NCBI GenBank assembly: GCA_945865755.1
Contig: CAMBFS010000002.1
Location: 355 to 64,354, forward strand
Direction of reading: 5' to 3'
DNA: 64,000 bases
Source: Klebsiella pneumoniae
GTDB lineage: Bacteria; Desulfobacterota; Binatia; Bin18
The position numbers and the translations under genes are program-made. Below, in pieces: positions 49,004 to 59,088 of the stretch. The notes beneath the pieces are model-generated. The model had not been told where the DNA came from, did no database searches, and saw only the letters and a program-made list of their open reading frames with translations. Within the stretch, counting starts at the first letter, position 1. The number at the start of each line of letters is the position of its first letter.

Positions 49004-51001
49004 ATGACACATCTCGGCGAATTGGCGTTGGCGCTTGCCGCCATTCTGGCGGTCTATGCGATTGGGACGAGCCTCTTAGGAGCGCTCTGGCGTAGGGAAC
49101 GGTGGATTGCTAGCAGCGCGCAGGCCGCGTATGCGGTCTTTGCGTGCGTCGTGGTGGCGGTGGTGGCGTTACTCAATGCGCTGGTGACGCGCGATTTCAA
49201 TCTGGAATATGTCCAGGCGTACTCCAGCTCGACCTTGCCGATGCACTACACCATCGCGGCCCTGTGGGGAGGCCAAAAGGGCTCGCTGCTCTTTTGGACG
49301 TTCATCCAGACCATGTTTACGGCCATCGTGCATTGGCAGAACCGCGACAAGAACCGCGAACTCATGCCTTATGTCACGGCGACCTTGATGGTAGTGTCCC
49401 TGTTCTTCCTGGGCATGCTGTGTTTCATCACCCCGCCATTTGAACGGCTCGCGTTCACGCCGCAAGAAGGCTCGGACCTCAATCCGTTGCTGCAAAACTA
49501 CTGGATGACGATTCATCCGCCGACGTTGTACCTCGGATATATTAGCGCGTCCGTTCCGTTCGCGTTCGCGATGGCGGCGCTGGCGACTGGCAAATTAGGC
49601 GAAGTCTGGATTCGCACCACTCGCCGTTGGGCGCTGGCCTCGTGGTTCTTCCTGTCCTGCGGCAATCTGCTGGGAGGTCGTTGGGCCTACGAAGTGTTAG
49701 GGTGGGGCGGCTATTGGGCGTGGGACCCGGTGGAAAATGCCGCGATCATGCCGTGGTTCACCGCGACGGCGTATCTGCACTCCGTGATGATTCAAGAGAA
49801 GAAAAACATGCTCAAGGTGTGGAACATGGTACTCGTGATCCTCACCTTTGCGCTGACGATCTTCGGGACATTTCTGACCCGCAGCGGCGTGATCTCCTCG
49901 GTGCACTCGTTCACGCAGTCCGGTCTCGGCCCCTATTTCATGGGGTTTCTGGTGTTTCTCTTGATTGTGTCCTTTGGCCTCTTGTTCTATCGCCTGCCGG
50001 ACCTGAAGAGCGACAACGAACTCGACTCGCTGATGTCACGGGAAGCGGCATTTCTGCTGAATAACTGGGTGTTGGTCGGGTTAGCGTTCGCGACCTTCTG
50101 GGGCACGATTTTTCCGATCATTTCCGAATGGGTGCGCGGCGTGAAAATCACCGTGGGTCCTCCATTCTTCAATAAAGTGAATGGCCCGCTCGGGATATTA
50201 TTGCTGCTGCTCACCGGGATTGGACCGGTGATCGCTTGGCGACGGGCCAGCGTGAAAAGCCTCGGTCGCAACTTCAGCATCTCGCTCATTTCCGGATTCA
50301 GTGCTGGCGTGCTGTTTTTTCTCTTTGGCTATCGCCACTACTACGCGGTGGTCATCTTCTCGTTAGCGGGCTTCGTGCTCGGCACGATCTTCTCCGAGTT
50401 TTATCGCGGCACCCGCGCCCGACAATCCATGTTACGCGAGAGTTCGCCACAGGCGCTTGGTCGCTTGGTCAGTAAAAACCCACGCCGCTATGGTGGCTAC
50501 CTCGTGCATGTGGCGGTGGTGATGATGTTTATCGGAATCGCGGGCTCTTCGTTCTTTAAGATCGAGAAGCAAATTTCGATCAATACCGGCGAGTCGTTCG
50601 AGATTGGACGCTACACGTTGCGATATAACGGCATCAAAAGCAGTGATTCTCCGCATGTCAGCATCCAGGCGGCTGAGGTCCAGGTATTCGTTGACGGTCA
50701 GCAGATTGACACCATGTATCCAGAGAAACGGCACTACAAGAAACAGGACCAACCGACGACGGAAGTGGCGATTCGACCGACGCTGCTTGAAGACCTCTAT
50801 GTGGTGCTCGGCGGGTACGATGCGCCTTCGGGGCTGGTGACGTTCCAAGTGTTCGTCAATCCGCTGTTATCGTGGCTGTGGATCGGAGGATTTATGTTGG
50901 TCCTGGGCACCTGCGTGACGATGATGCCGACGCCGGCGGAGCGACAAGAACGGGTATTGGCGCAGGCTCCGGTGGCGCGCGGGAATGAAGTGGCCGAGTA
51001 A
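49004..51001 (+). CDS. ccmF: Heme lyase CcmF/NrfE family
   Basis: LWGGQKGSLL, NPLLQNYWM.IHPP, WAYEVLGWGGYW.WDPVENA, LTRSGV.SSVHSF. Confidence 0.97.
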   Translation: MTHLGELALALAAILAVYAIGTSLLGALWRRERWIASSAQAAYAVFACVVVAVVALLNALVTRDFNLEYVQAYSSSTLPMHYTIAALWGGQKGSLLFWTFIQTMFTAIVHWQNRDKNRELMPYVTATLMVVSLFFLGMLCFITPPFERLAFTPQEGSDLNPLLQNYWMTIHPPTLYLGYISASVPFAFAMAALATGKLGEVWIRTTRRWALASWFFLSCGNLLGGRWAYEVLGWGGYWAWDPVENAAIMPWFTATAYLHSVMIQEKKNMLKVWNMVLVILTFALTIFGTFLTRSGVISSVHSFTQSGLGPYFMGFLVFLLIVSFGLLFYRLPDLKSDNELDSLMSREAAFLLNNWVLVGLAFATFWGTIFPIISEWVRGVKITVGPPFFNKVNGPLGILLLLLTGIGPVIAWRRASVKSLGRNFSISLISGFSAGVLFFLFGYRHYYAVVIFSLAGFVLGTIFSEFYRGTRARQSMLRESSPQALGRLVSKNPRRYGGYLVHVAVVMMFIGIAGSSFFKIEKQISINTGESFEIGRYTLRYNGIKSSDSPHVSIQAAEVQVFVDGQQIDTMYPEKRHYKKQDQPTTEVAIRPTLLEDLYVVLGGYDAPSGLVTFQVFVNPLLSWLWIGGFMLVLGTCVTMMPTPAERQERVLAQAPVARGNEVAE

Positions 51002-51491
51002 CGTTGTCGTGGAGAGATGCGGATTGAAGACAGTCCTGACATTACTAGTTCTTCTCATTGTCGTCCCCGTGCCGCGGGCATTGGCTGAGCTTTCAACGAC
51101 GCAAGAGGTGGAAGAAGGGCTCACGTGTCAATGTTCGTGCGGGTTGACGGTGCACAGTTGCAATCACTTACAGTGCAGCTTCGCCGTGCCAAGAAAGCAG
51201 GAGATCGCGACGGCGATTAACGAAGGCAAAGGAAAAGAAGAAATCCTGGCATCATACATGGCGCAGTACGGCGAGAAAGTGCTCTCGTCTCCAACGACCA
51301 CGGGCTTCAACCTCGCGGCCTGGATCACTCCATTTCTCGCGCTAATTCTTGGCGGCGTGGTGGTGAGTCTCATCACGTTACGCTGGAGTCGGCAACGCGC
51401 GAATCAAGAGCCACAACCACCGGTCGTCATCGAGGTCGCGGACGAGTACCGAGAACGGCTCAAGCGGGAATTAGAACAGTTCAAGGAGTGA
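50985..51491 (+). CDS. ccmH: Cytochrome c biogenesis protein CcmH
   Basis: Signal peptide, L.CQCSC, YGE.VL..P...GFN..AW..P, C-terminal TM. Confidence 0.88.
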   Translation: MKWPSNVVVERCGLKTVLTLLVLLIVVPVPRALAELSTTQEVEEGLTCQCSCGLTVHSCNHLQCSFAVPRKQEIATAINEGKGKEEILASYMAQYGEKVLSSPTTTGFNLAAWITPFLALILGGVVVSLITLRWSRQRANQEPQPPVVIEVADEYRERLKRELEQFKE

Positions 51492-51553
51492 GGAAAATCG
51501 CGGATTTGGGATTGCGGATTGAAAAACCCGAAACCTGAAACCCGAAACCTGGA

Positions 51554-51865
51554 TTGAGCGTGACGTTTTTACTCTACATTTCTGGCCTGATATTGATCGG
51601 CATGATCGCCATGTTTGTCGCGGCTCCGTTGTTCAAGCCGGAGCGAGAATCTGACCGTTCCGATGCGCGGGAAGACTTGGCGGCACGCTGGAAAAAGCAA
51701 AAGACCGATGCGTATGCCGCGATTAGAGAAGCGGACTTCGATCAGGAGATGGGGAAACTGACCGAAGCAGACTATCGTCTGCTCCGCGAAAAATATGAGG
51801 CGCGCGCGTTGGAAGCCCTCGCCCAGCTTGATCGTTCACGCGCACCGGGCGAAAAGCAGAGCTGA
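51554..51865 (+). CDS. CcmI N-terminal-like small membrane protein
   Basis: TM followed by IREADFDQEMGKL.E.DY..L..KYE; lies within the ccm operon. Confidence 0.7.
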   Translation: MSVTFLLYISGLILIGMIAMFVAAPLFKPERESDRSDAREDLAARWKKQKTDAYAAIREADFDQEMGKLTEADYRLLREKYEARALEALAQLDRSRAPGEKQS

Positions 51866-51876
51866 AACGGCAGGGG

Positions 51877-52080
51877 TTACCGTACCTTGAGATTGAATGC
51901 CTGCGGACCTTTCTCGCCAGGTCGGACGAGGAACTCCACCTCGTCTCCCTCACGCAGGTCCTCGAAATAGACCTTGGGTGCCAGCTTCGATTGATGAAAA
52001 AATACCTCGTCCTTGCCTTCGTCTGGAGTAATAAAGCCGAAGCCCTTGTCTTTCAGAATTTTCTTGATTGTTCCGGTCAT
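51877..52080 (-). CDS. Cold-shock domain protein
   Basis: GTIK....KGFGFITP (RNP1), VFFH (RNP2), GPQA.N; GAGG SD before ATG 52080. Confidence 0.93.
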   Translation of the reverse strand: MTGTIKKILKDKGFGFITPDEGKDEVFFHQSKLAPKVYFEDLREGDEVEFLVRPGEKGPQAFNLKVR

Positions 52081-52178
52081 GGATTGTTCCTCATCCCCTC
52101 CATGTAGAGACAACTCCGCCAATCGTCAATCATCGACCACATCCGCAATCCCAAATCCGCAATCCGCAATTGAATGCC

Positions 52179-52901
52179 ATGTGGGTGATCGACGCTGACA
52201 ATCTGACCAAGACCTTCGCCTGGGTGCCAGTGCTGAGCCACGTCTCATGCCGGGTCGCGGCAGGCGAGGTGGTTGGAGTGTTCGGCCCCAATGGCGCGGG
52301 CAAGACCACGTTCCTGCGTTTATTAGCAACCTTACTACGACCATCGGCGGGGACACTGACCCTGTTTGGCTCGTCCCCACAAGAGGCGGGCGTACGGCGC
52401 AGACTCGGCTTTCTTGGGCATGAGAGTTTTCTCTATCCCGACCTCACGCCGATTGAGAATCTGACTTTTTACGGACGCGCGTACACTGTTCCTGATATGC
52501 AAACGCGAATCGCCACCGTGTTGCACCAAGTAGGGTTACAACAGTGGGGCAATACCGTGGTCCGCACCTTCTCACGCGGCATGGAGCAACGCCTCGCGCT
52601 CGCACGGGTCTTGTTGCACGAGCCCGACCTGCTGCTCCTTGATGAGCCCTACACGGGCCTGGATGCACAGGGAGTGGCCACGCTTCAGTCCGCGCTCACG
52701 TACCTGAAAGCGCACGGCAAAACCATTCTGTTGACCACCCATGATTTCGCCTTTGGTCTCGAACTCTGCACCCGCGCGCTCATCGTGAATCGGGGGCGTA
52801 TCGTCTGGGAGTCTGAAGGTCGGGTGCCCTCCGTTCCAGAGTTCGTCGCCATCTATCATGCCACAATTTCGCAATCCGCATTCCGCGATCCGCGATCGTA
52901 A
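52179..52901 (+). CDS. ccmA: Heme exporter ATP-binding protein
   Basis: GPNGAGKTT, FSRGMEQR, LLLLDEP, TTH; ccm context. Confidence 0.92.
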   Translation: MWVIDADNLTKTFAWVPVLSHVSCRVAAGEVVGVFGPNGAGKTTFLRLLATLLRPSAGTLTLFGSSPQEAGVRRRLGFLGHESFLYPDLTPIENLTFYGRAYTVPDMQTRIATVLHQVGLQQWGNTVVRTFSRGMEQRLALARVLLHEPDLLLLDEPYTGLDAQGVATLQSALTYLKAHGKTILLTTHDFAFGLELCTRALIVNRGRIVWESEGRVPSVPEFVAIYHATISQSAFRDPRS

Positions 52902-52903
52902 TC

Positions 52904-53557
52904 ATGTGGGCGTTACTCTGGAAAGATGTCCTGCTAGAGGTGCGCACGAAAGAGCGCGTCTCATCACTCTTCGTGCTGGCGTTGCTCATCGTCCTGATTT
53001 TCGTGGTGGCACTGGAGCCAGAGCGAGTCCAAGGGCCAGAGATCGGCGCGGCGGTCCTGTGGATTACCCTGGTATTCGCTGGCATGCTCGGCCTGCAACG
53101 CGCATTCTTGATCGAGCAAGAACGCGGCTGTTTTTCCGGGTTGCTGCTCAGTCCGATCGAGCCAGGAACCCTCTTTCTCGCCAAACTGCTGGGCAATATC
53201 CTCTTTCTCACGCTCGTGGAAAGCGTCGCCGCTCCCGTGACGTTAGTGTTGCTCAAGATTCCCTGGTCGTGGTCGCTGCTCGCGTTGCCGCTAGTCTTGT
53301 TTCTGGGGATCGTCGGGTTTTGCGCGCTGGGGACACTGTTCGCGGCGTTGACCATGCGCACGCGGGCTCGTGAAATCCTGCTGCCGGTCATGTTGTTACC
53401 GTTACTGATTCCATTGCTCATCGCGGCGGTGCATGTGACGAGCGCGATTCTCGCGGGGATGGCATGGACAGGCGTCTGGCTACGGGTCCTCCTCGCTTTT
53501 GATGTGATCTTTGTGGTAACAGGGTGGCTGATTTTCCCGCAGGTCGTACAGGAATAA
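52904..53557 (+). CDS. ccmB: Heme exporter permease
   Basis: LLWKD..LE.RTKE, E.E.G...GL...P, LFLAKL, RAREILLP..LLP. Confidence 0.92.
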   Translation: MWALLWKDVLLEVRTKERVSSLFVLALLIVLIFVVALEPERVQGPEIGAAVLWITLVFAGMLGLQRAFLIEQERGCFSGLLLSPIEPGTLFLAKLLGNILFLTLVESVAAPVTLVLLKIPWSWSLLALPLVLFLGIVGFCALGTLFAALTMRTRAREILLPVMLLPLLIPLLIAAVHVTSAILAGMAWTGVWLRVLLAFDVIFVVTGWLIFPQVVQE

Positions 53558-53559
53558 CG

Positions 53560-54234
53560 ATGAAACATGTTGCTATTTTCATGGATCGCGTGCTGCCGTG
53601 GCTCACGTGTGGGTTGATGCTGATCGCGCTGGCGTTTGTGTTCTTGTATGTGCCGAACGAACGCGTTCAGGGGCCAGCGCAACGCATTTTCTATTTTCAC
53701 CTACCAGCCGCGTGGAATACGTTTCTGGGATTTTTCATTGTCGCGGGCGCCAGCGCGGCGTTTCTGTGGCAAGGCGACCGCTTTTCCGACCTACTGGCAC
53801 AGGCGGCGGCGGAAGTTGGCATGGTGTTCTGCACGCTGGTGATTATCACCGGCTCGATTTGGGCGCGCCCGATTTGGGGAGTGTGGTGGACCTGGGATCC
53901 GCGCCTGACGATGGTCGTCATCTTATGGATGATTTATGCCGCGTACATTCTGCTGCGGCTACTCGCCGGGGATAATGAATTGATTGCCCGCTATGCGGCG
54001 GTGCTCGGCATTGTCGGGGTGCTGGATATTCCGCTGTTATATATCTCCGTGAAACTGTGGCGCGGGATTCATCCCAAGGTCGAGCGCATGGCCCCAGAGA
54101 TGATCTGGACCTTGCTCGTCTGTTCCGCGGCGTTTCTCTGTCTTTTCGCATGGTTGATCTGGCTGCGATTGCAGAGTCTCACATTACGTGACGAAGTGGC
54201 CGCGTTGCGACGCCAGGTCGTGGCGGTCTCGTAG
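53560..54234 (+). CDS. ccmC: Heme exporter / cytochrome c biogenesis protein CcmC
   Basis: QRIFYFH.P.AW, GSIWARPIWGVWWTWDPRLT (WWD motif), RGIHP. Confidence 0.95.
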   Translation: MKHVAIFMDRVLPWLTCGLMLIALAFVFLYVPNERVQGPAQRIFYFHLPAAWNTFLGFFIVAGASAAFLWQGDRFSDLLAQAAAEVGMVFCTLVIITGSIWARPIWGVWWTWDPRLTMVVILWMIYAAYILLRLLAGDNELIARYAAVLGIVGVLDIPLLYISVKLWRGIHPKVERMAPEMIWTLLVCSAAFLCLFAWLIWLRLQSLTLRDEVAALRRQVVAVS

Positions 54235-54246
54235 GGAGGAGGAGTG

Positions 54247-54387
54247 ATGCCGTATTTATTCGCCGCGTTCTGCGCGGTGTGGCTCGTGTTGTTCCTGTAC
54301 ATGTTGTCGCTCTCGCGGCGGCACCGCGAGTTGGCGCGTGAGATTGAAGCATTGCGGGAGATGGTGGGGCGGGAGAAGCCTTCGTAG
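54247..54387 (+). CDS. ccmD: CcmD-family small membrane protein (46 aa, not in ORF track)
   Basis: MPYLFAAFCAVWLVLFLYMLSLSRRHRELAREIEALREMVGREKPS*; GGAGGAG SD; follows ccmC. Confidence 0.85.
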   Translation: MPYLFAAFCAVWLVLFLYMLSLSRRHRELAREIEALREMVGREKPS

Positions 54388-54547
54388 CGGAGAGTGTTGA
54401 AGCATGACGGAAGGCCGTTCGTGAACACAGGGGCTCGAAGAAATCCTGCTGCCCCTCCCACGCAGCCGAAGTTACATGCGTCTTGATCGGCGGTATTGCC
54501 GCCACAACTGCTTTCGGAACCATTTCTGGATTACCCGCTTCCTTCGC

Positions 54548-54934
54548 TCATCTTTCCGAAGAGCGGAGAGCAATTTGGTCATCCGAGTTCATATCCAGTA
54601 CCCGGACCGTCGTTCGCCCGATAGCAGTCTGACCGACGAGGGAACTACCCTCCCACGCAAAGTGAACACTCCACCGCTGCCGTCGTGGGTGGAATAGTTC
54701 CGTCACTTTGTTTGTTTGGGGATCGATACCCGTCAGATTTGGACCTTTGTGAAGATTGCAGTCGATACAGGCGAGAGTAAGATTGTCCATCTCATCAGAG
54801 CCCCCATGCTTCCTGGGAATGATATGCTCGATGTGCAGTGAAGAAAGCGGCGAATCATCCTGGTGGAGCTGACAGTATTCGCACCGATTGCCAGCGCGCT
54901 CCCGGACAAGAATCTTCGTGACTTCGGTTATCAC
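54548..54934 (-). CDS. HNH endonuclease
   Basis: RCEYC, HIEHIIP..HGG, NL.LAC.DCNLHK. Confidence 0.92.
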   Translation of the reverse strand: MITEVTKILVRERAGNRCEYCQLHQDDSPLSSLHIEHIIPRKHGGSDEMDNLTLACIDCNLHKGPNLTGIDPQTNKVTELFHPRRQRWSVHFAWEGSSLVGQTAIGRTTVRVLDMNSDDQIALRSSER

Positions 54935-55198
54935 CTATGCCGTTGTCCCGAGAAACTGGCGGGCTTGTCGTTGGAGGAGGGCAATGAACTTATTCGCTCG
55001 GACATAGCCCTCATATTCCGCGCGTTCCGCGGCTGAGAGTTCCCCTTCGGTGGATTTTGTTGCCAATTCTTCGATCCGGCTCCGCAGTGTTGGGTCAACG
55101 CGAAAGTTGACAACCGTCTCTGCCTTGTCGTGCAGAACAATCCGCAGAAGAGGGCCAACGCCCCGCTCAAAGGCTGTGGTTTCCGGTGTCCTGGCCAT
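54935..55198 (-). CDS. Small helical protein abutting the HNH gene (putative antitoxin)
   Basis: R..ELA.K..EGELS..ER.EYE.YV; its TAG is directly followed by the HNH GTG start. Confidence 0.75.
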   Translation of the reverse strand: MARTPETTAFERGVGPLLRIVLHDKAETVVNFRVDPTLRSRIEELATKSTEGELSAAERAEYEGYVRANKFIALLQRQARQFLGTTA

Positions 55199-55259
55199 GG
55201 GAGTATCTTGCCATACCTCCGTCCAACGAGAAAGCCGCTTGGTAGACGCGCGGCCCAAA

Positions 55260-56621
55260 TTACGCAGGCAGTTGCCGCTTCACCCCCTCGACCACGTCTT
55301 CCACGAGGGTTCGGTACTCCGTCAGTTGTTCCTGGGTCTTGGCCTCGAAACGGAGCACCAAAACAGGTTGTGTGTTTGAGGCGCGCACGAGCCCCCAGCC
55401 ATCGGGAAATTTTACCCGTACCCCATCAACATCCACGATATCGTATTTGCCGCGGAAGTGATCGCGTACTTTCTCGGCGATGTGAAATTTTTGGTCATCA
55501 GGACAATCCACGCGAATCTCCGGCGTGGTGAACGACGGCGGTAAGTCAGCCAGCAGTTCGCTCAACTCCTTGCCGCTCGTGGCGAGAATCTCCAGCATGC
55601 GGCAGGACGCATAAATCGCGTCGTCATAGCCAAAATAGCGGTCGGCGAAAAAAATGTGCCCGCTCATTTCGCCACCGAGTTTCGCGCCCGTCTCTCGCAT
55701 CTTGGCTTTCAACAATGAGTGTCCGACCTTCCACATGATGGGATTGCCACCGTGCTTGGCGACATCATCGAAGAGCCGCTGCGAACATTTGACCTCGGAG
55801 ACGATGGTCGCCCCAGGATGGTGTCGCAGGATGTCGCGCGCAAACAGGACCATCATCTCATCGCCCCAGACAATGCGCCCGTGGCGATCCACTAAGCCCA
55901 CTCGGTCCGCATCCCCATCGTAGGCCACGCCAATCTCGGCTCCGGTCTCTTTGACCGCCGCGATCAGGTGCGTCAAATTTTCTGGGATCGTCGGGTCGGG
56001 ATGATGGTTGGGAAATCGTCCGTCGAGATCACAAAAGAGCGAGGTCAGTTGGCAACCCATCGCCTGAAGAATGCGCGGGGCCACCGGGCCAGCCGTCGAA
56101 TTGCCTGCATCAATCACGACATTGATTTTGCGTGAGAGCTGGCCGAACTGCTTGATGAGAAACTCTTGATAGGGAGGGATAATCGGAAGCTGTTCCTCCG
56201 TGCCCTGGCCGGTCGCGAAACGGCCAGACTCAATCAGCTTGCGCAGCTCCTGAATCTCTTCCCCGTGAATGGTGAATTTGCCGATACACATCTTGAACCC
56301 ATTATGGTCAGCGGGATTGTGACTGCCAGTGACTTGGAGTCCACCGTCCAGATCATAATGGAACAGGGAAAAATACATCAACGGTGTGGGACAGGTGCCA
56401 ATATCGACGACGTTGATCCCAGTGGATCGCAATCCCTGACGCAACGCCTCGGCGTATGTGTCCGAGGTCAGACGGCAGTCGCGTCCCACCGCGATGCGCT
56501 GCTTTCCTTGGGTACGAACGTAGGTGCCATAGGCTTGGCCCAGGGCGTGCGCGAAAGAGGTGTCGAAATCCTGGTCGGCGATACCGCGAATGTCGTATTC
56601 ACGAAAGATGGCTGGATTCAT
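55260..56621 (-). CDS. Phosphomannomutase/phosphoglucomutase (AlgC-like)
   Basis: IFREYDIRG, TGSHNP, FPNHHPDP, DGDADR, GEMSGH, RASNT.P. Confidence 0.96.
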   Translation of the reverse strand: MNPAIFREYDIRGIADQDFDTSFAHALGQAYGTYVRTQGKQRIAVGRDCRLTSDTYAEALRQGLRSTGINVVDIGTCPTPLMYFSLFHYDLDGGLQVTGSHNPADHNGFKMCIGKFTIHGEEIQELRKLIESGRFATGQGTEEQLPIIPPYQEFLIKQFGQLSRKINVVIDAGNSTAGPVAPRILQAMGCQLTSLFCDLDGRFPNHHPDPTIPENLTHLIAAVKETGAEIGVAYDGDADRVGLVDRHGRIVWGDEMMVLFARDILRHHPGATIVSEVKCSQRLFDDVAKHGGNPIMWKVGHSLLKAKMRETGAKLGGEMSGHIFFADRYFGYDDAIYASCRMLEILATSGKELSELLADLPPSFTTPEIRVDCPDDQKFHIAEKVRDHFRGKYDIVDVDGVRVKFPDGWGLVRASNTQPVLVLRFEAKTQEQLTEYRTLVEDVVEGVKRQLPA

Positions 56622-57620
56622 TTATGTACTCCGATGTTGTGTCATATCCGTCGCCAGGGCAATCGCCGCTTGCATACTGCGAGGATCAGCTTTGCCCTGA
56701 CCAGCGATGTCAAAAGCGGTCCCGTGGTCGGGTGAGGTGCGGACAATCGGTGAACCAATAGTGACGTTCACGCCATCTTCCCAAGACAGCAGTTTCAGGG
56801 GAATGAGGCCTTGATCGTGATAGAGGCAAATCACTCCGTCAAACGCGCCTTGCACGGCGCGCACGAAAACGGTGTCCGCTGGAAATGGGCCGTCCACCAG
56901 GAACGCAGGCTGTCGTGCTTGGAGATGCTGTATGGCTGGAGCGATAATCCGTGCTTCCTCATCACCAAACGCCCCGGCTTCACCCGCATGGGGATTTAGC
57001 CCCGCCACGGCCAAGCGTGGGCGAGTGAGGCCATGAAACCGCGTCAGATGGGCGGCGGTCATCAGAATGGTCTTCTCAATACGTTCGGTCGAGAGCGCCG
57101 CGGGCACACGGGCGAGCGCGAGATGCGTCGTCACGAGAATCACTCGCAATTGGCGACCAACGAGCATCATCCGCACTTCTGGCGTATGGGTAAGCGCGGC
57201 GAGCAGCTCGGTGTGACCCGGATAATCTCGTCCAGCGGCGTGCCACATCGCTTTACTAATAGGTGCGGTGACCATCCCTTGGAGGGTATTGTTCATCGCG
57301 AGGTGGACGCCGGTTTCCACATAGCGGTACGACGCCTCGCCGCCGGTTGGTGTGGGCTGTCCTGGGGTACGGTGCTCTGGAGCGAGGGTTGAGAGCGCCA
57401 ACACCGGTAAGCGGCACGGATCATCAGGATACGGATCGGTCAGTGTCCACGTGGTGGGAACGAGTGGCGAGCCCAGACGTAACGCGGTGTCCGTGAGAGT
57501 TCGCGGATCGCCCAACACGACGACTCGGCATGTCGCACGTGCCTGAGCAGCCGCTTTGAGGGTGACTTCCGGGCCAATCCCGGCGGGGTCACCCATTGTG
57601 ATGCCAATGAGGGGAAGCAT
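56622..57620 (-). CDS. pdxA: 4-hydroxythreonine-4-phosphate dehydrogenase
   Basis: TMGDPAGIGPE, PGHTE, GLNPHAGE, YHDQGLIP.K, RTSPDHGTAFDIAG. Confidence 0.96.
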   Translation of the reverse strand: MLPLIGITMGDPAGIGPEVTLKAAAQARATCRVVVLGDPRTLTDTALRLGSPLVPTTWTLTDPYPDDPCRLPVLALSTLAPEHRTPGQPTPTGGEASYRYVETGVHLAMNNTLQGMVTAPISKAMWHAAGRDYPGHTELLAALTHTPEVRMMLVGRQLRVILVTTHLALARVPAALSTERIEKTILMTAAHLTRFHGLTRPRLAVAGLNPHAGEAGAFGDEEARIIAPAIQHLQARQPAFLVDGPFPADTVFVRAVQGAFDGVICLYHDQGLIPLKLLSWEDGVNVTIGSPIVRTSPDHGTAFDIAGQGKADPRSMQAAIALATDMTQHRST

Positions 57621-57714
57621 GGGGAAATGGGAGGACGGGGGACCGGTGACGGGAGTCTGAACGAAGATCGCGGATATGTCCGGTCTTCGGTCTCCGGTCT
57701 TCGGTCTCCCGTCG

Positions 57715-58902
57715 CTAGAAGGGTAATAATTTCCGAAAAAACCCTTGTTCCTCTTCTTTCGGCGTTTCGGTTGTGGGTGCGCCGGCCTTGGGGCGAGCGG
57801 ATTTTGGGGTGAACGACGAGCTGTTGGAATCGGCGACGAGGAAATTCTCGACCTGATGACGGAAACGTAGATCTTCCTGGAACCAGCGGCTATAGCGTTG
57901 CTGGAGGGCTTCGTTATACAGCTTCTGTTTGATCTGTTCGGCGACGGCGGGGTCGATGGTAGGTTTCTTCTCAGGTGTCGGAGCAGCGGCGACGACGGGG
58001 GCAGGCTTCTCTGTCGCGCCGGTCCGTTCTTCTACCTTGAGAAGATGCACGCCAGCATTATTACGGAAGGGTTGACTGACTTCCCCCGGTTGGAGGGAGA
58101 AGGCGACCTCGTCAATTTCCTTGGACATTTGCCCCTTCTTGAAGAAGCCCAAGTCGCCACCTTGCTCCGCGCCGGGGCCACGGGAGTGGGCAGTCGCCAA
58201 GGCGGCGAAATCCTCACCTTTCTGGGCGCGATCACGAATGTCGGTGATTTGTTGGAGCGCTTCTTTTTCTTCTTCGGCGGAAGCCGCTGGTGAGAGCGGC
58301 AGGAAGATGTGCCGCACGCGCACCTGCTCGTCCGATGAGACCGGCTCGCTCTCTTCGATCTTTGTCTCACTACTGCTCTCGCTGTCGCCGCTACTCTCTC
58401 CAACGCTGCCGCCATGTTCCTTGTAGTAGCGTTCAATATCTTGCGGGGTCACGTTGACGCGCGAGCCGATCTCGCGGTTAATCAACATCGCGCGTTCGAT
58501 TTCATCGGCCACTTGCTTGCGATAGATTTCCAAGGTGAGCCCTTGCTTGGCGAGGGCCTCTTTCATCTGTTCGTCGGTCAAATTGCTCTGCGCCTTGATG
58601 CGCTCGACGTAACTATTGATCTCTTCTTCCCTGGCCTTGATGCCCTGGGTTTGGACCTCTTTGCTGACCAGTTTGTTCATAATGATGGCATCCAAGATGT
58701 CTTTCTCCGTCATCTTGGCGAGGGCGTCGGGGGGAATCATCGCGTTCTGCTGCCCTCCGGTTCCCTTGGTGAAATTGCGCAGTTCGTGCAACGTGATGGG
58801 CTCATCATCGACGGTGGCCACGATGCGGTTGAGAACTTCGGCGTGGCTTTGCGCGCCGTAGGTTAGCATTCCGATAGAGAAGAGCAGTAACATTTTTTTC
58901 AT
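57715..58902 (-). CDS. SurA-like periplasmic chaperone / parvulin PPIase
   Basis: Signal peptide, NRIVATVDDEPIT, RHIFL, F..LA..HS, GGDLG, VSQP, G.HLL; upstream of pdxA. Confidence 0.9.
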   Translation of the reverse strand: MKKMLLLFSIGMLTYGAQSHAEVLNRIVATVDDEPITLHELRNFTKGTGGQQNAMIPPDALAKMTEKDILDAIIMNKLVSKEVQTQGIKAREEEINSYVERIKAQSNLTDEQMKEALAKQGLTLEIYRKQVADEIERAMLINREIGSRVNVTPQDIERYYKEHGGSVGESSGDSESSSETKIEESEPVSSDEQVRVRHIFLPLSPAASAEEEKEALQQITDIRDRAQKGEDFAALATAHSRGPGAEQGGDLGFFKKGQMSKEIDEVAFSLQPGEVSQPFRNNAGVHLLKVEERTGATEKPAPVVAAAPTPEKKPTIDPAVAEQIKQKLYNEALQQRYSRWFQEDLRFRHQVENFLVADSNSSSFTPKSARPKAGAPTTETPKEEEQGFFRKLLPF

Positions 58903-59012
58903 AGTGTCTCCGGCTAACATGAGTTGGTGAGGGTCTGCAAGGGTGGCGGGGAGTGGGAGGCTTGGAAGCGTTGATTTTTCTGGAGTGCAATATATTCGTG
59001 CACCTAAGAAAG

Positions 59013-59088
59013 GTAGGCCGGAATAAGCGGAGCGTTTCCGGCATGGACGCTCGCGCCGGGAACGGCCTGCGGCCTTATCCCGGCCTAC
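59013..59088. repeat. GTAG-family REP-like palindrome (GTAGGCCGGAATAAG...CTTATCCCGGCCTAC)
   Basis: Terminal inverted repeat read directly; resembles the enterobacterial REP consensus. Confidence 0.75.

Noticed and set aside
52780-53700. Long antisense ORFs (also 16598-17398, 27195-27977, 34432-35364, 37692-38294, 37874-38584)
   Set aside because: They lie wholly opposite well-supported genes in GC-rich DNA and show no motifs of their own.
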